From: Lama glama
Taxonomy: Eukaryota
Assembly: GCA_028534125.1 (NCBI GenBank)
Contig: CM052817.1
Coordinates: forward strand, 57,600,001 to 57,664,000
Length of the DNA: 64,000 nt
Reading direction: 5' to 3'
Part shown: positions 54,301 through 64,000 of the stretch, one piece after another
Layout of the letters: every line of letters begins with the position of its first letter
Numbering within the stretch: position 1 is the stretch's first letter
Program-made: the position numbers and the translations under genes
The notes under the pieces: model-generated
What the model was told of the DNA's origin: nothing
Databases searched by the model: none
What the model saw: only the letters and a program-made list of their open reading frames with translations

Positions 54301-55519
54301 CCTGATTTTTTCCTATAGCAGGGAATCCTATGGGCAAGACACACTGCCATACTTCATTGTTCATTATTTTCATACTTCATTATTTTCTGTAAGAAAATAA
54401 TTATACAGGTTATAGTATGTGAGAAACTGCAATGAGGAATAAGGAATCCTAGAAATCTCAGTGTTGGCAGAGACTTCTGGTGCAATAAAAGTAAATCTGT
54501 ATGCAGAATACATATCTATGCCAGTAACAAAAATAGCTGCTACCTCCCAGATTGAAAGATTCCCATTTCAGCCTTCTGGTCACCCTGGGAATGTGTCTAC
54601 ATCAGGGGCTCAATTTTAACCTTTGTTGTTGGCAGTTGGCCTTTCTACCAAATCCCCAGCTACTTTGTATATGTGCCCATTGAGCAAAGACCAGAGAGGT
54701 TGAGCTACGAAGGAATTTGAATCTCATTAAGTTCCTGGAAGTGGTGAGTAGTTGTGAGGAGGTGCTGAGGAGAACTGGCCTCCGTTGTGAAGCAATGGAC
54801 AGAGAGAAAATCATTTAAAGTTTATTAATCCTTGTTAAATGTTTGGAAAATACCAGGCTGCATGTGGAGGAAAACAATTTAGGTTGGTTCTATAAAGGCA
54901 AAGCATTTATCTATACATTGTCAGATAGATTCTTTAAAAAATCATGAAAAGAAACCCTAGGTTTTGAAAATAATCATTTCCCAAAGCTACTATTTTACCT
55001 ACATTTTAAATCTATGGCCTTGACTGCTAAAGAGATGGTTTCACATAATTATATCTATGAATGTAGGCATGAGCATCTGCTGAGCATGGCTTGGAAATTG
55101 ACAATTAGCAGTAAATCAAAGGATTCAGGCAGCCTAATGTTAACATCATCAAAATGAACAAGAAGATTACATTGATCAAATATGAAAAGAGTACTTAAAA
55201 CACTGAATCTATGGGGTTTCCTGCAAATTATTACCTCAGAAGGCTGTATGATCATCTCTCTTTTACAACTAATTGCCAGCACTCAAATGATTTTATTGCT
55301 GCATTATAATTCAGGATTTAGGTTTAAAGTATTAGAATAGCAGCTTGTTTAAAAGGAACTATGCCTTTTCTCTATCTGATTTTCTTCATTTTCATCTTAG
55401 ACCCTAAGACTTTAAATTATCTTAGAACCCTTAGAAGGATACTTCTCAAAAAGAACTCTGACAACACATCTTTGGTCACATCACAGTACTTGTCACCCAG
55501 GTCTTTAAAACTCCAGGGT

Positions 55520-55650
55520 CTCTTCCTTCCATCCGCATTGTTATTTAACACTGTTCTTTTAGTTCTGGCCAAGGCAATAATCTACAAAACAGAAATAAAG
55601 CATAATTTACAGAAGAAAGAGATTAAAATTACCAGTTTTTTTACTATAAT
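55520..55650 (+). mobile_element. Old L1 RT fragment
   Basis: Translates LLFNTVLLVLAKAII..EIK, like L1 RT [22 protein letters not shown]. Confidence 0.7.
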
Positions 55651-55654
55651 ATTT

Positions 55655-56090
55655 TGACTTCACAAATGAGGAAGTTGATCACAAAGAGAGCAGTTGGCTT
55701 GGACAGGGTGTAATAGCTCATTAGTGAAAGAGCTGGGTTCATAGAGCGGGGTTCAGAAACAAATGATAGTGAGAGACTGTGTGTGGTTTGTAATTGGTAG
55801 AGGTGATGTACAGAAATATAATTTTAAGGCTTCAGGCATTTCTTCATTTATTTTTCATGCAGTGTATTTTCTTTTGAGTGCCTACTTATGCGAGAAGACG
55901 CTGTGCTAGGCTCTGGGGAGGGAGAGATGGCCCAGGTTGGGACTGTGCATCCCTGCTCTTAAGTTGCCCGCACTCCAGCAGGGTTGCAGGTGTTTAATCA
56001 AATTACTATTTTGATAAATAATTCCAGGCAGTAAGACAGAGTGCTAAAAGCACATGAGAGAGAGGGACTTGACTTCCTTCTGTGAATCAG
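55655..56090 (-). mobile_element. MIR followed by L2 3' end
   Basis: ttcacaaatgaggaagttgatcacaaagagagcagttggcttggacaggg; ttgagtgcctacttatgcgagaagacgctgtgctaggctctgggga. Confidence 0.65.
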
Positions 56091-56811
56091 AGTAAAAACA
56101 CAAAGCACAAGCCCTTCAGCATTCGGGGAAACTAGGTTTTTGTTTTTGTTTTGCTTTGTTACCTTATCCTTTTAAAATATAGGAAATGATACAATGTTCC
56201 ATGTAGGAAAATCAGTGATGATGGAGAAAAATTGTACTATCAGTTTTTGAACTATTGCTGGGTAAAAAGTGTGATATGCCAAAAGTGTGATTAAAAGTAG
56301 ACTCCAGATTTATGAAGTTTTGGACAAACAGAGGTTTGCTTAGGTCACTATCAGCTCTCTCAGGAATCATCTCTTAAGCCACATGCCTTAAAAAGAATGC
56401 AGGCTGCAGGCCTCACGTCATGCTAAATCCTGGTATTACTGTGTGAGCCATCAGTGATGACACATTGACCTCAGATGGTATTCCCAGCACAGGACACGAT
56501 CCCCTGATCCACTTCTAATGATAAAGCTCCTTGGGCAAGAGGCTGACATGTCTGACAAATCAGGTAAGAAGGATGGCAGTTTATTCAGATTTCAACTGCT
56601 TGATCACTGTCATTAACAGTCAAATATTTGGATGACTGAGAAAGACATACTGACAATGTTTGAACAAATCCAGAATAATTCTACCTGTAATGGCACCAAA
56701 CAATCCCTTCCTCTTCTGATACAGAAAAAGAAATACTACTAATATGGATATCAAGATTTAGTAATCTTCCAGAAACAGGTAAAACTTTGCAAAGTTAATG
56801 ATGACAGCTAT

Positions 56812-57425
56812 ATGTTCATAGCAGCACTATTTACAATAGCTAAGACATGGAAACAACCTAAATGTCCATCGACAGATGATTGGATTAAGAAATTGTGGTG
56901 TATGTGTGTATATGTACATATGTGTGTGTGCATGTATATGTATGTGTGTGTGTTGTGTATGTATGTGTGTGTATATATATATATATATAATGGAATCCTA
57001 CTGAGCCATAAAAAATGAAATAATGCTATTTGCAGCAACATGAATGGACCTGAAGATTGTTTTAATAAATGAAGTAAGCAAGAAAAAGAAAAATACCATA
57101 TGATATCACTTATATGTGGAATCTGAAAAATGGACACAAATGAACTTATTTACAAAACAGAGACAGACTTCCAGGCATAGAAAGCAAATTTATGGTTACC
57201 AGCGGGGAAAGAGGGTGAGGAGAGATAAATTGGGAGTTCAAGATTTGCAGATACTAACTACTATATACAAAGTAGGTAAACAACAAGGTCCTACTGTATA
57301 GCACAGGGAACCCTGTAATAGCCTATAATGAAAAAGAATACACACACACACACACACACGCACATAACTGAATCACTATGCTGTATACCAGAAACTAATA
57401 CAACACTGTAAGTCATCTATACTTC
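56812..57425 (+). mobile_element. 5'-truncated cetartiodactyl-type L1 with internal microsatellites
   Basis: Translates MFIAALFTIAKTWKQPKCPSTDDWIKK. 3' UTR aacaaggtcctactgtatagcacaggga. TSD aatgatgacagctat (56797-56811) / aataatgactgctat (57426-57440). Confidence 0.92.
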
Positions 57426-58329
57426 AATAATGACTGCTATGATGCTTCAAAGCAGCTATGCAACACATTATTAGTATGTTAGTGGCAAGTTATTTTTAAA
57501 AGAAATGTTAACAGCAGCTTTCAGATAAAACAGCTTTATGTCAGAAAGCTTCATGTAAATAAGAAGTAAATGTCATTTTCAGAAAATTAGTTATTTGTGT
57601 ACTTAATTTGTTTAAATATCTGGATAGCTAAATATTATGGAGTTAGCTGATTGGTTTATGAAAATCACTAGATGGCAGTACCAATTAGTTAGTATGATAT
57701 TACAGTTCCATTCAAGTGCTTTTTAAATACCAAAACAAAAAAAGGAAAAAAGGAAACCAAATTCATTCATTGGTAACTCCTGGTGAGTGTGTATCTTGGC
57801 ATGGGAAGACAGGCTTCCAAAGGTAATACTGAAGAAGTGACAGGATCTCAAAGTTATAGCAATATTAGGCATTTCCAAATTTCCTCCAAAGTAAGTCTCA
57901 GTCAATAGAAAAATACTTTTTATTTGTTTGGTGTGTTAGAGTTTGTAGAGGACTTTCAAAAACATTTTTTTAATTTAGTTCTCATATCAGCCTTGGGATT
58001 TAAGTCAGGTTGGTATGATTATCCTCATTTTACCAAAAGCCTACAGAATCTCTTTAGGCCAGTGGTTTTAAAACACAAAGTCTTCTGGTAACACATAGAA
58101 TTGAGGTGCACTGTCTCTATACCTCCTGGACAAAAATCTCCCTGTTCCATCTTTTCCTTCTCTTATTGCATATGTTATTGGTTTGAATATCGTTATAGAA
58201 GGAACCGTTCAATTATCCCTAGACGAATTATTCATCGTTAGCCTTCCAAAATGCAGCCTTCTTTTAATTGAGGTATATCTATCGAAAGAAGTTAATCACG
58301 TCTATTTCCTTCTGCGCTAGCTCAAGTGA

Positions 58330-58560
58330 ACTCAACAGTTCTGGAGTGCCTACTGTGAGCCAGGTAGCGTTTTAGGTGCTTGTTGTGGTAAGGTGACTGA
58401 GAGATTTTTGAGTTGCTCATGATCCTGCCAAGAAAAGAGACAGGAAAAATCTGACAGTTACACAATGTGATAAGTGCAGTATTAACAGTTGAGCAAGATG
58501 CTGGGGAGCACAGAGGCCTGAACAATGAATTCTGCCTCCAGGGGAAGCTTCACTGAACTG
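58330..58560 (-). mobile_element. L2 3' end
   Basis: ggagtgcctactgtgagccaggtagcgttttaggtgct. Confidence 0.65.
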
Positions 58561-58959
58561 CCAACATAAAAGAGATGGGAAAAAAAAAAAAATCAATGCT
58601 CTGATTTTAAGCCTTTTATTCTGGCTTCAAGAAATATAGGGCAAGACAACATTTAGAAAACAAATACTCTAAGATATTTTTAAAAAGACATCTAATGACT
58701 TATAGCGTGAGAATCAGCTAGTTTGGAAGTTGCCCCAAGATAATTAAATACATATTAGAAACTTTATCAACTATAAGTGGAACCTTGTGACTTGAAATCC
58801 TTAGTGGCCTCCCCAAAAGATGATGTCTGCATCACATTCAATATATTGAGCCAAGTGATAGATGTTACGTGTGCATTTGGTCCACATCTACAAGCCTAGA
58901 TAAGTGGTATGAGCCTCAATTGGAGGTTTGCCCATGAATAGCTTCCCTATAAAGAAAAT

Positions 58960-59107
58960 CATTGATTTATAACATTTGCTGATTTCTGTGGTGTAAATAC
59001 ACCCATCAGGGTCAATTTCTAATTACCAGTATAATGTCACCAAATGCAGAGTTGTGAAGTGCTGTACATAGTTGGCTCTCATGAACCAATACAAGCCAGA
59101 CTGAGCA
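58960..59107 (-). mobile_element. MER63-like hAT (Blackjack) DNA transposon fragment
   Basis: catttgctgatttctgtggtgtaaatacacccat...gcagagttgtgaagtgctgtacatagttggctctcatgaaccaatacaagcc is the reverse complement of the MER63 left part. Confidence 0.7.
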
Positions 59108-59254
59108 GGGAGGAGGTCCAGAACCCAACGCCTAGACCCCTGCTTGTGGCGTAACAGAAAGCAAGCACTCCACCAGCAACTCTCATTCTGGCATTGCCTC
59201 TAAAAAACTATGGAAACTCAGGCAATTGCTCAAACTTGGGCATTTAATTTGCTT

Positions 59255-59400
59255 AAATTCTATTGAGCACTCTGTTAGGTGCTATGTTACAGTTTACTGA
59301 TGAGTTTTAGATTCTTTTTACAATTCTGAAAGGTAGACATGATTGTGTCCATTTTACAGGTGAGAAAATGAAGCGTATAGGCATTTAAGTGGTTTCTTTC
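59255..59400 (-). mobile_element. MIR
   Basis: acaattctgaaaggtagacatgattgtgtccattttacaggtgagaaaatgaag. Confidence 0.75.
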
Positions 59401-60389
59401 TGATGCAATAATGAGTACAAGAAATATTAAGTGCTGTGGAACTTAGAGAACCATTATCTTGTTAGCGTAAATGAAAGTGTCATGCGCTGTTCCTGCAGTT
59501 TGAGTTATTGGAAGATATATTGTAGGAAAGATATTTCCTGCATAGCTCTCTTTGGTTCTAGACCCATCCTCATTTGCTCTGTCTGTTCTGCCATGTCTTG
59601 GGAAGATGGGAAGTGTTTTTAAAGACCAGTTTGTTGAAATGTTTGCCGTTATTTGAAATGTTTTGAATAGTTTAATTTTTTATTGTTATTGCTCATGAAA
59701 TACTAATATTGAGACAACTTTTAATTTTATTGCTTATAATGTAGCATTTATTCACTTAAAATACAGTGGGCACAAAGAATAAAGTGAAATAGAAAACATA
59801 AGTTTCCCAGCATAACTCTTGCTGTTGTTAAATTCTACAAAAGTATAGAAGCAGAAATGTTGAATAGTACAGAAAGATAGAAAACAAAATATGACAGCCA
59901 CTCCTTCTTTACATGTCTTTCTCCCCAGAGATAATTACTGTTCTGCAAAAGACAATTTTCTTGCTCAGTCTCTCTCTTTCTCAATTTTAACTGGAAAATA
60001 GAGCACTAACTTATAAATGAGGACATGTCCCCTCTTTTTTTGTTATAGCGTTTATATGGCTTTCAAATAATTTTAGAAAGCCCTTTGTTTGACTGTGAAA
60101 TGCAAGTCATTTTCTTTGCTCCCTGTGACATGTCCCCAGATCATCATCTGATCATCAATAGCAGAATCCTTTACTATCCATAACCAAGACTGTTTATGAG
60201 TTGCAATAGACTTTAAACCTGTCTTCCTAAGTTATTACTTTCCTTATGAATGAATTTGGAATAATCTATTACTGAAAAAAATAATCCTGTGTGCGGTTTG
60301 GTTGCAATAATTCAACTAAAATAATCCTCAGTTTGCTTATGACTTCCGTAAATCGTCAATGCTATTTCTTCTGAATCTAAATAGGATGT

Positions 60390-60740
60390 CCTGCAGGTAC
60401 TAGAAGGTCTGGCTCCAGACACCGTTCTGGTCCCTTCTGCTACCATTCTCCTGGCCTCTTCTTTTCCTTTTCAACCACACTGATCTCTTTGTTTTCCTCA
60501 AAAACTGTCAGCTATGCCCAGATTCAGAGCATTTGCTCTCACTTTCCCTGTGTCTGGAGTGTTGCTCCTTCAGATGTCAGAATGCCTGGTCCTCTCATCT
60601 CCTTCAGGTCTTCACTCAAATGTAACCTCAGTGAGCCCGTAAACAAAGCCCGCATACTTTGTTTGAAGTTGTAATCCTGTCATCATAATGCTTATCCTCC
60701 TCCCTGCTTTTTCCCCCTCCTAACCACTTACCTGGCACAC
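60390..60740 (+). mobile_element. L2 (L2a-like) 3' region, truncated before its terminal part
   Basis: tttgctctcactttccctgtgtctggagtgttgctccttcagatgtcagaatgcctggtcctctcatctccttcaggtcttcactcaaatgtaacctc matches the L2 3' pattern. Confidence 0.8.
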
Positions 60741-60741
60741 A

Positions 60742-62300
60742 ATTTTTAGGGGCATTTGTGATACAAGTGGATAAGCCTCCAGTGCCTTGCCCCAGTGCTA
60801 ACCCTCTGGTGACACAATGAGGGCCAGATTCAATGTCCTACATGAGGAGCTGGACACTCCATAGGTAAGAGATCAGGAAAAGTAGCATTTCTCTGCTTAA
60901 AGAGGGGAAGAAAGGAACTGTCCTCCTCCTTGGATAAGTAATGGGACTGGATCCTAACTTCAACCTTGGATGTGTAAATAAAATCTCTCTAGGAGCCGAA
61001 TACTCCCTGGTGTCTCTGATTTTGCAATCTAAGTATCTTTCCAAATTCCTGGGCTTCGTTCCATCTTGAAATCTAAATACTTGGGGAGATAGCCTTCAGT
61101 CTTCCTGGGGCCCTGGGGCACCTCCGACAAGCTGTATCAGAGCAATTAGCTAGACAGACGACTACGGTCTAATTCTCACGGCCTATGAGAAATCTCAGGA
61201 GGCTAAGTTTCTTTGCAGAAAGACTAAGAAATCCAAGATGTTTTATCTCCCAGCAGAGCTGCTGGTGTACAGTGGCTTTCGATGACTCTCTCAAAGGTTG
61301 CTACTGTGCTTCATTGATGATAGCCACACATGCAAGTTCTACCCAGGGTCTCTGGAAAAGTGTGAATAATAATTTGTTTCCTGATCATGATAAAATTACC
61401 ATTCAGAATTTTATAGCATAAACATAGAACCATGTCTTTTCTAGACCTCTTTGAATAGTAATAACAATACTCCTAGATTGTAACCTCTCTTTATGTCGAT
61501 TGCAGCCCTGCGTCCCACATCAGGCCATCAGTGGGGAATACAGAGAAAGCACTTGTGTACTGAGTGAAAACTGTCCCATTCACACTAGAAATCTTTGCCC
61601 TCTTTCTGTTATAGCTTAAGGCCGACTGGGGACACTGTAGTACAATGTCACTACATAGGTTACAGGCAAGAGAAGGCATCTATCAGAAGGTTGGTTGGCA
61701 TCGCAGGGCACATGTCTTTAAACCTTTCAGAAGAGATTGGTGCAGCCACAGATGGAGGACTGTCTGACACATAGCATGAAGCCTGCAGAGAGGATGGGAC
61801 AACTGTCCTGGGTTCTAGCAGTAGGGAACTCTCAGGATAAAGGAGACCTACAGATACTACTACTGTTCTTGGGTTCTGTAAACCAGAGAGGGAACCTGCA
61901 GTCAACAACAGCTGACGTATAGAAGAATGAGAGATAACGCACAGGCCCACAACAGATGGCTCATACCCAGAGGTAGCTCAGAGCCCTGAACTTGTCTAGC
62001 TTGTGCTGTGAGTGAGACTCACTCAGTATGGGCACACGAGCACCATACTGTGATGCAGTGAAATAAACCTCATGCTAGCTAGTGAGAGTGGTCCTATCAC
62101 CAGAACACTTTCTGAAATTGGGCTAAGGGGCCCCTGGCTGGCTCCATAGTCAATCTCATACATTGTTGTGGTGGTGGTGGTGGTAGAGTTGTACAATGCC
62201 CTGAAGAAGAAAAATGGGGATGAGTGACCACAAGGATCTTGGTCTGCATCAGCACCCTGATGGTACTGCTGGCCCTGGTTCATCCCAGGCACTGGAGAGA
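60742..62300 (-). other. Candidate endogenous viral element: decayed C-terminal part (late capping, connector, start of MTase) of a negative-strand RNA virus L polymerase gene
   Basis: No known mammalian repeat recognised. Minus-strand frames tile the segment, broken by stops and frameshifts (ORFs 62023-62292, 61660-61950, 61491-61679, 60838-61044). It ends with YGVSSSSCRTLNLALIVSPE (60863-60804), then by frameshift GLALGQGTGGLSTCI (GLALGQGTGG = 60804-60775). Compare Sendai FGINSTSCLK...LYLGEGAG, measles IGLNSSACYK...GLFLGEGSG and VSV GDGSGG (recalled, not aligned). Confidence 0.55.
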
Positions 62301-64000
62301 GATTTTTTTCGGGCTGGGGAAGTTCTCTTTTATTCCTAATTTTTTGTTTATTTTTATTTTGAAGGGATGTTGAATTTTGTCAGATCTATTTTTCCCTGCT
62401 TATTGAGATGACCACGTGTTTTTTTTCTTTATTCTATTGGTTTGGTATATTACATTAATTGATTTTTGGGTGTTAAACCAACCTTGGATAAATTCCACTG
62501 GCTCGTGGTTATGTAATCCTTTTTAGATGTTGCTGGGTTTAGTTTGCTAGTATTTAGTTGAGGATTTTTATGTCTAAATTCGTGAGAGGTAGTGGTCCAT
62601 AGTTTTCTTGTGATGCCTTTGATGTTGGTATCAGGGTAATACTGGCATCATGGAATGAGGAAAGTGTTGCCTCTTCTAATGTTTGAAAAAGTTTGCAAAG
62701 AATTCTTTAAATATTTGGTAGAATTTATCAGTGAAATCATCTGGATCTGAGCTTATTTGGGGGGAAATTTTATTACTAATTCAATCTTTTAACTCATTAT
62801 AGATCTTATACTTTAAAAAAATTTCTCTTGAGTCATTTTTGGTAGTCTGACTTTCTAAGAATATAGATTAAAGTAACCTTTAATCAGAAGGAAGACTTTA
62901 CAGAAGGAGAACTGTAGTTGGCTCTTCTTTTCCCAGTCTTTTAAGGTGGAATGCTAATACACTGATTTGAGATCTTTCTTCTTTTGTCATGTTGTGAATT
63001 AATTTTTATTCATCTCAAATGAGTTTCTGGTTTCATTTGTGATTTCTACTTTGACTAATTGGTTGTTTGGGAGTATGTTATTTAACTTCCATTTAGTTGT
63101 GAATTTCCCAAATTTCTTTAGAAATTGATTTCTAAATTCATTGCACTGGGATCAGAGAATGAGTTTGTATGTTTTCAATACTTTTAAATTTATTGAGGCA
63201 TATTTTATGGCCTAATATATGGTCTATCCTAGAGAATATTCAATGTGCATTTGAAAAGAATGGTATTCTGCTGTTATAGGGTGGAGTGATTTATAGATGT
63301 CTGTTAGGCTTCATTGGTTTATAGCGTTGTTCAAGTCTTCTGTTTTTTTTTAAATTGACTTTTTGCTTAGTTGTATCCATTATTAAAAGTCTCCAACTAT
63401 TATAGTTGAATTGTCTACATTTTTAATTCTGTCAGCTTTTGCTTCATGTATTTTGGGGCTCTGTTCATATGTTTTTTTCAATTGCTACGTCTTTCTAATG
63501 GTTTGAGTCCTTTATCAATACAAAATGTCTTTATCTGTAGTAACATTTTTAAATTTTAAATTCTATTTTAGATTTTAAAATCTATTAGTATATATCTTCC
63601 AGTTTGATTTGATTGTTGGTTGAATCTTTTCCCATCCTTTCACTTTCAGCCTCTTTGTATCTTTGAATTACAAGTGTTTTTTGTAGACGGGATACAGTTG
63701 GATCTTGCTTTTCTATACAGCCTGGTGATCTCAGCCTTTTGATTGGATTGTCTGATGCCTTCATACTTAGTGTTATTGTTGATATAGTTGAATTTATGTC
63801 TGTTATTTGACTTTTTGTTTTCTATATGTCAACATTTTTTTGGTTCCATTGTTTCTACTTCACTGTTTTCTTTTGTGTAAAGTGAATACTTTCTAGTGTA
63901 ACATTTTAATTCCTTTAATTGTATTTCAGTATTTTTTGAGTTATTTTCTTAGTGGTTGCTCTAGAGCTTATGATATGTACCTGATTTGCCAGAATCTACT
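62301..64000 (-). mobile_element. Old L1 (L1M-type) ORF2 fragment, endonuclease to start of RT, running off the window
   Basis: Typical antisense L1 ORF2 text (ggtatcagggtaatactggcatcatggaatga, ggtagaatttatcagtgaaatcatctgg, tggtctatcctagagaatattcaatgtgcatttgaaaagaat). Its last codons read LGIKENFPSPKKI, like L1 RT LGIEG-FL-LIK. Confidence 0.9.

Noticed and set aside
61142..61375. Plus-strand FYLPAELL, resembling the PAZ-domain YLPxEL motif
   Set aside because: The frame is bracketed by stops and has no other Argonaute/Piwi motifs. The minus strand explains the region better.
60742..62300. Bornavirus N or G (EBLN/EBLG) as the source
   Set aside because: No similarity seen to BoDV N or G sequences as I recall them. 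Only L-type MTase motifs are visible.

Overview
AT-rich, repeat-dense mammalian genomic DNA, either intergenic or deep intronic. I recognise no host protein-coding exon, RNA gene or CpG island. The L1 3' ends look cetartiodactyl, possibly camelid. I saw no Alu, B1, Bov-A/tA, PRE-1 or CAN SINE, so the host assignment is an inference. Most of the window is explained by L1 fragments of several ages (several with visible TSDs), L2, MIR, MaLR/ERVL/ERV1 solo LTRs, a MER63 hAT fragment and a 500-N gap (51367-51866). The ORF track is mostly chance ORFs or L1/L2 remnants. The main exception is a ~1.55 kb repeat-free, decayed coding-like segment on the minus strand (about 60742-62300), between a truncated L2 and a co-oriented L1 ORF2 fragment. 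It ends in YGVSSSSCR...[frameshift]GLALGQGTGG. This resembles the start of the cap-methyltransferase domain (GxGxG SAM motif) of negative-strand RNA virus L polymerases (Mononegavirales/Jingchuvirales). It is a candidate endogenous viral element, possibly an L1-virus chimera. The call rests on short motifs and spacing and needs a profile search. Repeat subfamily names are recognised by eye, and boundaries without a stated TSD are approximate.
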